A stretch of 50,495 bases of DNA from NCBI GenBank assembly GCA_045601765.1, contig JAZSAG010000016.1, forward strand, positions 1-50,495, read 5' to 3'. Source of the stretch: Candidatus Enterousia sp. (GTDB lineage: Bacteria > Pseudomonadota > Alphaproteobacteria > Rs-D84). Of the stretch, positions 7,921 through 18,300 are shown one piece after another. The stretch's first letter is position 1. Each line of letters opens with the position of its first letter. Both the position numbers and the translations under genes were made by a program. The notes beneath the pieces are model-generated. The model was given only the letters and a program-made list of their open reading frames with translations, made no database searches and was not told the origin of the DNA.

Positions 7921-10900
7921 ACTTTCGCAATTTCCATCTGCGTGCGCGTTCCATCAAAAAGAACAATGCAGGCGTTAATGTAAATGTGAATATTAAACTG
8001 GCCAACATGCCCCCAATCATAACGGCGCCCATTGCAACCTTCATACCATCGGCGGACCATAATTGTGGGACCATACCTGCAACAACCGCAATTGATGTCA
8101 TCAGTACCATGTTCTTTTTATCCATTAATTCCGACCATAATGCATCAAATACTTTTTCGCCACGGTTAATACGCCCGATTGCTGGTTCCAGTACTAAGAT
8201 GTTGTTGTTTACAACCAGACCAACCAACATAACGAATGCCAACATTGCACCAACATTCATTGTTGCGCCAGATAAAAACATCAATACAAACACGCCAATA
8301 AAACTGGTCAATATAGATGTCGCAATTGTAAATGGATGGGCCAGTGAATTCAATATCGCGGCCAGCAACATATATGTCAAAATCGTTGCCAAGAAAAATG
8401 CCTTGCCGATTTCGCCAACTGTTTCGCCTTGAATTTCGGACATGCCACCAAATTCGGCATAATATCCATTTTGCCAATCAATTTTATCTAATTGTTCCTG
8501 TATTTTTGCCTGAACAGGTCCCATCGTAGATTTTCCAATATTGATATCAATTTCAGTCAATCTGTTTTTATTTTGACGACGAATATCTGGTGTTGATAAT
8601 TCTGTTTTTATTTCCCCCAGTTCTGATAACGGAACCATACCCTTGCTGGAATTAACATATACATTATCAAACAAAGATGCGTTTTTAAATGGTTTTGCAA
8701 ATTCCAATATAATTGGATATTCTTCGCCATTTTCTTTGTATTTATATGTGTCATTTCCAAACAAGGCGGTACGCAGTGTTGTTCCCGCATATGAATTTTG
8801 AACGCCCCAGAAATTCATTTTTTCTTGGTTTGGAATAAATTGTGTTTCTGTGCTGGGCAATTGTTGGGCGCGAACCGCAGATTGCACTTCGGGAATTTGA
8901 TTTACAATATCAATAATTTGATTTGCATATCTTTCACGAATTTCATCATCTGCCCCAAATACATTTAACACCAGGTCCGAAGATATACCGGCATTAGTTG
9001 CCTCGCCGGCACGGATTTGAATTTCTGCATCTGCGATATCTGATATCACAGGTAACATTTTCTGGGCCAGCATTTTATCAGAAATATTACGTTCTGATGC
9101 ATCTACTAATTCGACAATGATATCTATATTTTGTAAACCTTGGTCACCAATTTTTACAGTTGTCGCGGTTACTTCTGGGAACGTTGCCAGTTTCTGTTCA
9201 ATTTGAATCGCGACAGATTCTGATTTTTCAAACGTAGACCCCATTGGCGTACGTGCAGTAATTGTTATTTCATTTGCATCTGTTGAAGGTGAAAATTCGT
9301 TTCCGACAAATTTCATCAACATTGTTGAACCAATAAATATTGCAAATGCAATTCCAATAACGCGCCATGGATGTGCATACTGAAAATCATACCATTTACG
9401 TAAACCAGAATTTGTATTTTGCTGTTCTGATTTTTTGACTTTTGCCACGCTTTTTTTACCCTTGCCCAGACGCAAGAACTTTGCAATCATCATTGGGGTC
9501 AGCGTAAAAGAAAACATCAACGATAACACGGTCAAATATACAACAGTCATACCGAATTGGTCCATAAATTGCCCAATAATTCCACCCATAAACGCCAATG
9601 GCAAGAACACAACAACGTTTGTTCCAACGCCCGCCAGCACGGACACGGCAACTTTCTTGGTTCCGTCAATGGCGGCATCTTCTGGGTTCTTACCGGCATG
9701 CATTTCTTGTAATGCGGATTCAATCAAAATAATCGCATTTGACACCAATGTTCCCAACGCAGACGAATACGCCAGTAATGTTAATGCATTGATTGTAAAT
9801 CCACTGTTGTCCATAAAGAAGAATCCGGCAATCAATGATGCAGGAATCACGACGCCTGCGATAACTGTGGAACGCCAGTTTCGTGTGAAGGCCAATAACA
9901 CTAACACAGTAAATATAACACCCAATATAATTCCATTTATTGTGCTGTCTGTTTCATCAGATACCGCGGTTGAAGAATCTGCCGCGATGAACATTTCTGC
10001 ACCTGGGAACTGTGATTGCAAATCGGATTCCAGTTCGGGCATTTTTTCGCGTAAATCACGTGATATGTTTATTGCATTTCCATCCGAAGATTTTACAACA
10101 GATGCCACCACCACTGGTTCGCCATTATAACGTGCACCATTTTCGACATCACGCGCATCGTCTGATATTGTTGCGATATCAGATAATTTAAAGTTGTTAC
10201 CTTCCACCGTTGTCAGACGCAGGTTTTCTATTTCATCAATTGATGCAAATTCGCCAATAAACCGAACATTTGATGCATTTTGTGATGTTTCTATTTTACC
10301 GCCTGGTACATTTAAATTATGGGCCGCCAACGCAGATACCACATCCATAACGGTAACCCCATACGCCGCCATTGTATCAGGATTCATTTGCACACGTATT
10401 GCGCGTTCCTTGCCACCAAACACAGATACACTTGCCACACCTGAAATCGCGGTTATTTTTGTTGATAACACATCATCAACATATTCTTCGACGTCACGCG
10501 CATCGGCGCCACGTATAACAACATCAACCACAGATTGTTGCAGTGGATTTAATTTTTCCACCACCGGTTGTTCCATATCATCTGGGAATTCAGAAATCAA
10601 AGAATCGATTTTGTTTTTTACTTCGCTGGCCTTGTCGTTAACATTTACGCCCAGGTTAAATTCAGCAATAACAAACGCGCTGTTTTCATATCCATATGAT
10701 ATAACTTTTTTTACTTCGGCGACTTCGGATATAGCATCTTCGGCGCGTTTAATAACCTGGGATTCGATTTCTTCGGCGGATGCGCCTGGGTATATAAATG
10801 TTGCCGTCACCATTGGTAAATCCAGTGGTGGTGTGCGTTCAATATTCATATTTGGAAAAGAAACAAAACCCAATACCACCCATACCAAGACGAACATCAA

Positions 10901-10936
10901 TGTTGTAATTGGTCTGCGAACAAAAAACTTTAACAT
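7919..10936 (-). CDS. RND efflux transporter permease (AcrB/AcrD/AcrF family)
   Basis: 1005 aa. Opens with FFVRRPITTLMFVLVWVVLG. Two large periplasmic loops alternate with TM bundles. Last gene of the marR-tolC-MFP-RND operon. Confidence 0.9.
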   Translation of the reverse strand: MLKFFVRRPITTLMFVLVWVVLGFVSFPNMNIERTPPLDLPMVTATFIYPGASAEEIESQVIKRAEDAISEVAEVKKVISYGYENSAFVIAEFNLGVNVNDKASEVKNKIDSLISEFPDDMEQPVVEKLNPLQQSVVDVVIRGADARDVEEYVDDVLSTKITAISGVASVSVFGGKERAIRVQMNPDTMAAYGVTVMDVVSALAAHNLNVPGGKIETSQNASNVRFIGEFASIDEIENLRLTTVEGNNFKLSDIATISDDARDVENGARYNGEPVVVASVVKSSDGNAINISRDLREKMPELESDLQSQFPGAEMFIAADSSTAVSDETDSTINGIILGVIFTVLVLLAFTRNWRSTVIAGVVIPASLIAGFFFMDNSGFTINALTLLAYSSALGTLVSNAIILIESALQEMHAGKNPEDAAIDGTKKVAVSVLAGVGTNVVVFLPLAFMGGIIGQFMDQFGMTVVYLTVLSLMFSFTLTPMMIAKFLRLGKGKKSVAKVKKSEQQNTNSGLRKWYDFQYAHPWRVIGIAFAIFIGSTMLMKFVGNEFSPSTDANEITITARTPMGSTFEKSESVAIQIEQKLATFPEVTATTVKIGDQGLQNIDIIVELVDASERNISDKMLAQKMLPVISDIADAEIQIRAGEATNAGISSDLVLNVFGADDEIRERYANQIIDIVNQIPEVQSAVRAQQLPSTETQFIPNQEKMNFWGVQNSYAGTTLRTALFGNDTYKYKENGEEYPIILEFAKPFKNASLFDNVYVNSSKGMVPLSELGEIKTELSTPDIRRQNKNRLTEIDINIGKSTMGPVQAKIQEQLDKIDWQNGYYAEFGGMSEIQGETVGEIGKAFFLATILTYMLLAAILNSLAHPFTIATSILTSFIGVFVLMFLSGATMNVGAMLAFVMLVGLVVNNNILVLEPAIGRINRGEKVFDALWSELMDKKNMVLMTSIAVVAGMVPQLWSADGMKVAMGAVMIGGMLASLIFTFTLTPALFFLMERARRWKLRK

Positions 10937-10965
10937 ATCAAAACTCCCCTTAATATTAAATTTAT

Positions 10966-11562
10966 TTATTTAACTTTGACTTTATCGCCTGCATGAACAT
11001 TAGACAGTATGACAATGTCACCATCATTTATACCTGATGCAATGTATGCGTTTTCAGAATCTTGTCTTGCAATTTGAATATCACGTGCCACTGCAATATT
11101 GTTTTCGGCAACATATACGGTGTTGTTTTTTATTGCATACAGTGGGATAAAGAATCCATCCGCAACAAATTCTGCGAATTGCAACCCATCATCAACGCCA
11201 GTTGTTTTAACAACAAACATTCCTGTATCCAGATCGATGTTTTTTGATACATATACGATTTTACCATTTCCAATTTTTTGCCCGGCCTTGAAGTGCTTTG
11301 CGCGCGCCCCAGATATATATGCGCGATTATTTTTGATTGCCAATGGTTCATATATAACCCCGGGCTTGTTTGTCATAACAATAGATTCAATCGGGGCGCC
11401 GTTATCTGCGGCATTACGTGACGCATTAAAAACATATCTGGCATTTTCAGACGCCACTGCGGCAAATCTGAATATGACCCACCCGATTATTGTTACGATA
11501 AGTGCAACATAAACAATCTGTTTAAATTTCTTGCTTTTAAAAGTGCTGTGTATTTTTTCCAT
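10966..11562 (-). CDS. Short periplasmic adaptor (MFP-like) subunit of the RND pump
   Basis: 198 aa. N-terminal TM anchor, then beta-rich sequence ending ...GINDGDIVILSNVHAGDKVKV, as in MFP C-termini. Sits between the tolC-like and RND genes with 3-nt and 29-nt spacers. Confidence 0.6.
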   Translation of the reverse strand: MEKIHSTFKSKKFKQIVYVALIVTIIGWVIFRFAAVASENARYVFNASRNAADNGAPIESIVMTNKPGVIYEPLAIKNNRAYISGARAKHFKAGQKIGNGKIVYVSKNIDLDTGMFVVKTTGVDDGLQFAEFVADGFFIPLYAIKNNTVYVAENNIAVARDIQIARQDSENAYIASGINDGDIVILSNVHAGDKVKVK

Positions 11563-11565
11563 TTT

Positions 11566-12894
11566 TTATTCACCTAATTTTTTTACAGTTTCTGCCGACA
11601 TTAAAATTTTATATTTTGTATTTAACAGTGCTAAATCCAATTGATATAACCCTGCGGAAACATCGGCCAATTCAACCGCAGATGTCTGGCCAGATGCAAA
11701 TCTGTTTTGTGACAGTTTGTATGTTTTAGCGGCCAAATCGCGTGCGTTTTCCAATGTCGCCAAATTTCCGCACAGACGATTATATTGTTTAATTGCGTTA
11801 TTGTATTCTTCGGTTGTGACCTTTTTTGATTGTTCTAAATCTTGGCGTGCGGCTTCGGCGTTCATTGCTTCTATGGTTGCATTTGCGCGATTGATACCAC
11901 CGCTAAAAATAGGGACCTGTAACGCCACACCCCAGTACGCAGATTGACTGCCTTTTTTATCAAACATGTGCCCCATATCGTCTGCCAGTGTTGAATAGGT
12001 ATAAGATGCGGTCGCCGCCAGTGTTGGGTATGCACCTGCGCGTTTTGAACGTGCGGACATTTCATACATTTTTACCTGTTCGCCCAATATTTCCCATTGT
12101 GGTGTTGTGGTCAATTTTTCTGCACTTAATTCACCAAATTTTTCTGGGAAATTGTCTGTCAGAACCAGTTCTTCGTACATATCAATCCCGGCCATAATTT
12201 TCAGCATTCTGTGCGCGACATCGCGATTAAATTCTGCATCAGAAACATTGATTTCTTTGGTTGCAATATCCGATTCTATTTTTAATAAATTGCTGCGATT
12301 TGCGCGTCCTGCACTGGTCAGGTTCTTTTTTGCAACACGTGCATTTTTCAAATCTTGCTGGGCCAGTTTAACAATTTCATCTGTCATCTTTGCGGTCCAG
12401 TATAAATCGACTGCGGCATAACGAACCTCACGATTGGTCATTTCTTTGGCGCTTTCAGACATTTTTATTGCAGATTTAACACTTTTAACCGCATTACCAA
12501 TTTTTCCAAATGTATAAATAGGTTGCGTTACAGAAACGCCCGCTGTAAAAATATTATCTGGGATACTAAGTGTCACAGATTGATTTTTCAACGAATCTGA
12601 AATCAGCCCCCCCATAGATGGTGGCAACGTGATTTCTTTTGATTTTGTTGGGTCTTCTATATTGACCAGATTCATATATGACGCGGTCCCTTCTATGTTA
12701 AACCATCTGTTTGCATTTGCAGCGTCTAATGAAGCCTCGGCTTTTTTTAAATTTGCATCGGCTTTTTTTAAATCGTGTGATTCTGCGACTATTTTTTCAA
12801 CGGCGTTTTCCAAAGATAAATCCAGTGCGTTTGCTGGATTTATTACCAATACAGCGCCGACAAAAAAATAAAACATATTTTTTATTTTATTCAT
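11566..12894 (-). CDS. TolC-family outer-membrane efflux protein
   Basis: Start moved to ATG 12894 (MNKIKNMFYFFVGAVLVINPANA signal peptide). Two OEP-type repeats with long helical segments. ATG overlaps the marR stop (ATGAATAA). Confidence 0.85.
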   Translation of the reverse strand: MNKIKNMFYFFVGAVLVINPANALDLSLENAVEKIVAESHDLKKADANLKKAEASLDAANANRWFNIEGTASYMNLVNIEDPTKSKEITLPPSMGGLISDSLKNQSVTLSIPDNIFTAGVSVTQPIYTFGKIGNAVKSVKSAIKMSESAKEMTNREVRYAAVDLYWTAKMTDEIVKLAQQDLKNARVAKKNLTSAGRANRSNLLKIESDIATKEINVSDAEFNRDVAHRMLKIMAGIDMYEELVLTDNFPEKFGELSAEKLTTTPQWEILGEQVKMYEMSARSKRAGAYPTLAATASYTYSTLADDMGHMFDKKGSQSAYWGVALQVPIFSGGINRANATIEAMNAEAARQDLEQSKKVTTEEYNNAIKQYNRLCGNLATLENARDLAAKTYKLSQNRFASGQTSAVELADVSAGLYQLDLALLNTKYKILMSAETVKKLGE

Positions 12895-13336
12895 TTTCCA
12901 ACTCCACATTTTCCAAGACGTCACGCATAACCCGCAAGGCATCAGTTAAACGTTTTTCGTCTTCTTTTGTCAGACACGAAAACAATTTTTCAACACTTGT
13001 GCGAAAAACATCCATTGCCCTCAGTGCCAATTCAACCCCTGATGGTGACACGCAGTACCATGTATTGCGTCTATCTTCGTCATCGGTTGTCCGAATAACC
13101 AACCCATCATGTTCCAGTTTGCGAAATGCCGCACACAGATTCGGTGCAGACACATGTTCACGACGTGCAATATCTTTTAATTTTGCACGCCCCCCCTGGT
13201 GCAGTCGAACCAAAATAGATAACATCTGGCGTGGATATCCGACGGCTTCGGCCCTGTCCAGGCGCAGTTTTTCCGCCAATTTATCCAATGTCCAAATATT
13301 ATTTTCCAATAAAGAAACAAATTCCTTGCGTGCCAT
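12887..13336 (-). CDS. MarR-family transcriptional regulator
   Basis: 149 aa with winged-HTH pattern (LSILVRLHQGGRAKLKDIARREHVSAPNLCAAFRKLEHDGLVIRTTDDEDRR). First gene of the efflux operon. Confidence 0.85.
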   Translation of the reverse strand: MARKEFVSLLENNIWTLDKLAEKLRLDRAEAVGYPRQMLSILVRLHQGGRAKLKDIARREHVSAPNLCAAFRKLEHDGLVIRTTDDEDRRNTWYCVSPSGVELALRAMDVFRTSVEKLFSCLTKEDEKRLTDALRVMRDVLENVELENE

Positions 13337-13486
13337 TTTTTTCTCCTATATAATAGGTCTGATTGATGTAATTATTAAAATTCATAATTATTATAGTTTT
13401 TAATAAATATTTTTCAAGTAAAAAATTTCATGTTCAAAAAATATTATTGCAATTTGTTAAAAGATAGTTATAATCATTGTCGCTAT

Positions 13487-13560
13487 TGGGGTGTCGTCTA
13501 ATGGTAGGACAAGAGATTTTGGTTCTCTTTATCATGGTTCGAATCCGTGCGCCCCAACCA
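13487..13560 (+). tRNA. tRNA-Gln (anticodon UUG)
   Basis: 74-nt cloverleaf: TGGGGTG acceptor, GTCT/GGAC D-stem, AGAGA-TTTTGGT-TCTCT anticodon arm, CATGG-TTCGAAT-CCGTG T-arm, encoded CCA. Confidence 0.9.
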
Positions 13561-13660
13561 CACTTCGCGTCTGCGACGCTTCGTGTGGCGGGCCACACAA
13601 GCGGAGTAGTTATCGCGAAGTAGTGTCCACCGTAGCCTTGGCGTAGGCGGACAGGAATAA
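13561..13660 (+). other. GC-rich structured element between tRNA-Gln and the GIY-YIG gene
   Basis: Composition is clearly more GC-rich than the surroundings. Nested stems: acttcgcg (13562-13569)/cgcgaagt (13614-21), gcgtc/gacgc (13567-79), gtgtgg-cggg-ccacac (13583-98), gtccacc...ggcggac (13625-51). Confidence 0.4.
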
Positions 13661-13667
13661 AAATCAA

Positions 13668-13913
13668 ATGTTTTATGTCTATCTTATAAAAAGTATTTCC
13701 CATCCAGAACAAAAATACATCGGGCAAACTGGCGATTTAAAAAAACGACTAATGCAACATAATGCAGGATATTCAATACATACAGCAAAATATAAACCTT
13801 GGGAATTGGTAAATTATTTTGCGTTTAGTTCCAAAGACGCTGCATTGGAATTTGAACAATATCTTAAAACGGGTTCCGGATATGCGTTCGCAAAAAAACA
13901 TTTTTGGAAATAA
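13668..13913 (+). CDS. GIY-YIG nuclease superfamily protein (small stand-alone type)
   Basis: 81 aa. FYVYLIKS...KYIGQTGDLKKRLMQHNAG is the GIY-YIG core. Confidence 0.8.
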   Translation: MFYVYLIKSISHPEQKYIGQTGDLKKRLMQHNAGYSIHTAKYKPWELVNYFAFSSKDAALEFEQYLKTGSGYAFAKKHFWK

Positions 13914-13964
13914 TTTATCAAGGATACGTAGCGCATTCCAGATAGCAAAATAATAAAATTTCAC

Positions 13965-14018
13965 AAGTTCGAAAGTTAATTTTAGAAAATTTTTGTCATT
14001 ATCAACACTTTCGAACTT
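13965..14018. repeat. 12-bp perfect inverted repeat enclosing a truncated unit-A repeat start
   Basis: aagttcgaaagt (13965-13976) and actttcgaactt (14007-14018). The loop carries aaaatttttgtcatt, the 5' end motif of unit A. A degenerate ttgcctgcgaggcaatc follows at about 14044-14062. Confidence 0.6.
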
Positions 14019-14122
14019 ACAATAAATCACTCACCCCCTCAGATGTTGCCTGCGAGGCAATCGCGACGATTGTACTGCACTTCGTTTACAAAATCTAACT
14101 TGTCGAGCCAACAAAAAACGAC

Positions 14123-15103
14123 TTAAAAGCGTTCATTATCAAATCGTTTTGGGACCCCCAACGCATCATTTTGTATTGGACACACTGCGATCTTTCTTGT
14201 TTCGACATCATATAACGGCGACGCTCTCAAAACCCCAGGCATTAACAGTCTGATCCCCATTAATTTATCTTCTTCGGCTGTCATTTTTTTCTGCACGAAA
14301 GACTTCATCGGTATGTCACGATATATTTCACCTGTTAAAGTATTTACCGCGAAAGATTGAGGACCATTTAATTCACACCGCACATGTATTTTTTTATCTT
14401 GCCCAACATATTTTAAAATGTTCTTTAGTATTTCTACAGCGCGCCCTCGTTCATTTTCCGAGGATAACATAACAATATCAAGAGTGTCCGCCGTACCCGA
14501 AGCCAAGACAAGCTTTCCCAAGGATTTTAAGTCCGTCAGTGCATCTATATGCGCCACACCTACCTGCGAAACTTTATTATTTTGTCTAGCTATAATCGCG
14601 ACCCCTATACATGGTTTCAAACCGTATGTACCTATAAATTCTGGAAAATCTATGGTATTTAAAACTAATTCTTCACGCATAGACACTGCAAAAACTTTCT
14701 TGTTTATATCAAAAATTTGATATTGTGGTACAACACTCAACATATCATACAAGACCTGTTCTTCCGATTGCTTTGGATGGTATATTTTCATTTCATATTC
14801 AGACAAACGCGCAAGTCCTAATATATCAAAAATTTTATCTCTTTTTTGTTCGGGTAATTTACTAAACGCATAACGACAATCTTGTTTTGTATCTTTTTTT
14901 ACTATCCTTGTCTTTCTATTAAACCCAGTAAAAGAAATACGATCAAAAACTTGGCATTTTGAAATATTGCCTCGCAAAGCACATAAAGTCTCGTCACCTA
15001 ACCTAATATAACAATATTGACTATCATCATAAGTATCTAAAGATAGTTCAAATTCAGTATCTTTAAACAAATCTTGTATTTCTTTTAAACTAATTGGTTT
15101 CAT
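14123..15103 (-). CDS. Hypothetical protein with CheD-like (Cys/His deamidase fold) central region
   Basis: 326-aa ORF. Residues ~160-265 (TYGLKPCIGVAII...VGVAHID ... ERGRAVEILKNILKYVG...NGPQSFAVNTLTGEIY) resemble the CheD pattern GLGSCVAV...VGGMAHxMLP...GxRNxxxxxxxL...GGxxxRxVxxxxxTG. Confidence 0.6.
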   Translation of the reverse strand: MKPISLKEIQDLFKDTEFELSLDTYDDSQYCYIRLGDETLCALRGNISKCQVFDRISFTGFNRKTRIVKKDTKQDCRYAFSKLPEQKRDKIFDILGLARLSEYEMKIYHPKQSEEQVLYDMLSVVPQYQIFDINKKVFAVSMREELVLNTIDFPEFIGTYGLKPCIGVAIIARQNNKVSQVGVAHIDALTDLKSLGKLVLASGTADTLDIVMLSSENERGRAVEILKNILKYVGQDKKIHVRCELNGPQSFAVNTLTGEIYRDIPMKSFVQKKMTAEEDKLMGIRLLMPGVLRASPLYDVETRKIAVCPIQNDALGVPKRFDNERF

Positions 15104-15286
15104 ATCCTATCCTTTATGCGGAATATTATAAATTTATCCCAAGTTTTGTACAGCATTTTTTTACAAGAACAAAATGGCATTGTATTTCAAACATATTTTC
15201 AACTCGCGTTTTGTACGTATTTCGCTAAATCACAGATTTTACAAAACACTAGTGGGGAACATCCCCACAAGGCGCATTTTTTAGTA

Positions 15287-15315
15287 AAATAAAAATGCCC
15301 CGTTTGGGGCAATTT
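15287..15315 (-). terminator. Rho-independent terminator of the autotransporter gene
   Basis: On the minus strand ttgcccc-aaac-ggggca is followed by a T-run, immediately after the stop codon. Confidence 0.7.
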
Positions 15316-18300
15316 TTAGAATTCATATCTAAACTTTACACGACCTGTTTGCGATGTATAATCTGCGCGTGCTTCTATGTCGTAATTCAAAGACATTTCC
15401 AGACCGCGATAATTCATTCCGATTGCAACACCGACCTCGTTTGCGATACGTGACAGACGTTCGCCATCCAGTATATATGAATTCACACCCGGCATTGTGA
15501 CAATTGCACTGTGGTCATCAGATATTAAATCATATTTTACCGCATAGTGCATCTGGGGACGGAATACCCATCCGTTCATCAAATAGATATCAAATTCATA
15601 TCTTGTTCCCATGGCGGCCGTCAAATAATCTGCGCCGTCAAAGTGATTTTTTATTCCCAATGAATTTGTATAATCAGATGAGTTTATATGCATATATCGC
15701 ATTGATAATTCCGGGGTCAGACCACCGATAAAGTTATAACCTGTGGCGACTGTTGCACCAAATACATCTACGTCATAATCAGACGATACTGCGACGCCCA
15801 ATGCGCTGCCATCTTCTGTGTAATCGGACATAGTATAATTTGCAATTGCGTTCATATACCATGCACTGGGCTTATATTGTCCGTATACAAAGATGCTTGA
15901 TGAATCAATGTCTGTATCACGTGTATTGCCACTTACATCAGAATGTGCGAACATGTATCCCAACCCGACGGTCCATACGTCATTTATTGTGCCGTCAATT
16001 CCGGCTGTGATACCGCGGGTATAGCCATTAAAACTGTCATTCAGTTTTGTTTTGTTATATAACCCCTGGGCCCAGATTCCACCGAAATCCATATACATAT
16101 CCCCGCCGTTGCGTCCCATGCCAATCATAGACATCCGGTCTGATATTACCGACGCCAACGTGTTTTGTGTTGCGACAACTGATGATTGCGTCACAGATTT
16201 TTTTTCTGGATTTATTGCGGCGCTGGCCTGTTCAACGGCTGCGATATCTGCATCGGTCCCAGACGATAATTTTTCTTGGAATAATACAGACAGGTTGTTC
16301 AGTTGCGCAGACGATGAATCAGATGTGCTGGAAATGACCCGTGCGGCATCCGATGTCAGGTTGTTTTGTGTGGCAATATCTTGGACAGATTTCATTGTTG
16401 CTGTGACGTCGCCACCGTTCCACACCAAATCATAAATAGGATTCGTAATATCTATGTTTTCAAATGTTTGATTTCCAAAAACATGATATGTGCCGGCCTG
16501 GTCAAAGGCTAACTTTAATGTGCCACTGCCACTGAATCCGTTTTCGTTGTTTACGGTAATTTGTGCATTGTCTGCATTGCGCAGTGTCGCGTGCATTGTC
16601 CCATTCAGTATAATTTCGCCCTGGGTTATATCAGATGTTCCGATATTCAATGTTGCGCCACTGGCGATATTTAATGTCCCGTTCCCGTCGATACCGCCGT
16701 TGATGTTTGCATCTTTGTTAAAGTTGACGGTGCCGTCGTTAAAGATATCGTTTGCAACCCCATTTGCGGTATTGCCCACAAAGTTTGCAATACCGTTAAA
16801 TGTAATTGTGTCGTTGTTGTATATTGCGCCACCATTGCCACCGGATACATTATTTTCAAATGTTGTATCGCCATTAAATACAATTACAGACGTTCCTGTT
16901 GTGCCACCTTCTGCGGCGACCATGTTCCAAATCGCACCACCATCCAGTGCAGATTGATTCCCAGAAAAATAAGTTTTCCCATTCATGGTAATTTCAGAAT
17001 CTTGGCCTGCGCCATCAAACGCACGCGCAACAATTGCCCCACCGTATGCCTGGGAAGTATTTGAATTAAATCTGTTTATACTGTTGTTTGTTCCGACAAC
17101 TAATGTTGCGGTATTTGTGTTCCCGCGATTATGAATTGCCCCACCGCCACTTTTTGTTGTGCCTGTATCATTGGCGGTATTATTGCTGAATATATTTTCG
17201 TTTCCGCTGATTGTTATGTCGCCTGCATTAAATATTGCCCCGGCATATCCTGCGTCAGACGCATTGTTTAAAAAAGATACATTTGCCGCGGTCATTGTGA
17301 CGGTGCCACCATTATCAAATGCGCCTGCGGAACTGGATGTGGTATTTGTGTTAAATAATATATTTCCACTGGTATTTACTGTGACGGTACCAGCATTTTT
17401 TAATCCGCCACCATTACTGCCTGTGTTATTTGTAAATATTAAATTACCACTGGTTACATTAACCGTGCCGGCATTTACCAAAGAACCGTTCAGTGTATTT
17501 GTATTTTTATCAAATGTTGCACCATTAGCAAATGTAACAGATGCGCCACTGGCGTTGTTTAACAGTGTGCCCACACCGGTATTTTCAGAAAATGTTGCAT
17601 TGCCTAAAAATTCCAGTTCACTTGCAGAACCCGTGATATATATCGCAGACGCGCCCGCGGCAGTGTTGTTTGTAAATGTTGCACCCTGGTCAAAAGATAC
17701 GGTCCCCCCCATAATGGCCATTGCGCCACCGTTTGTGCCGGCCGAATTCCCATCAAAAGATGTTGCGCCATTAAATATTATATCACCCCCAGATATAATT
17801 GCACCGCCCTGGGATGCAGATTCATTGCCTGAAAATTCGGCAGATTTATTAAATACAATCATTCCATTTCTGTGATTTATTGCGCCGCCCCCGGCATATA
17901 CACTGGACATAGGTACTGTGGCTTTGTTGTTGTTAAATGTCGCCGTGTCATAGAAAATAATATCGGGCGATGTTGCATTCCCCAGACCGTAATTAAATAT
18001 TGCACCTGCACCATTTGGGTTGTTTGTGCTGTTAGAATCAAAAGTTGTTGTGCCATCAAAGACTATTTTGCCGCCCTGTGTATAACCTGAACCGGACAAT
18101 GATGATAACCATCCGTTTCCGATAACGCCGCCCATACCACCATTATTTAATGAATTGCCTGAAAAAGAGGATGGACCTTCAAACGTCAGAACAACGTTTG
18201 GAACGTCTTGCATATAAAACACGCCCCCGTTATTTGCAACGGTTGATGCGATGTTGTTTGCCACCGCGTTATTGTATGTTGTGTTTGCTGAAATGACCTG

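Noticed and set aside
9435-10973. Long plus-strand ORFs 9435-10130 and 10194-10973 antisense to the RND permease
   Set aside because: These are shadow ORFs inside a well-supported 1005-aa AcrB-family gene, with low-complexity Ile/Thr/Ser-rich translations and no RBS.
13434-13727. 97-aa minus-strand ORF covering tRNA-Gln and the GC-rich element
   Set aside because: It overlaps a well-folded tRNA and the start of the GIY-YIG gene. Its open frame is a by-product of the GC-rich palindromic sequence.
16052-17875. Plus-strand ORFs (16052-16435, 16490-16957, 17159-17875) antisense to the autotransporter
   Set aside because: The repetitive passenger region keeps the antisense frames open. The translations are Pro/Leu/Phe-rich nonsense and there is no independent start context.
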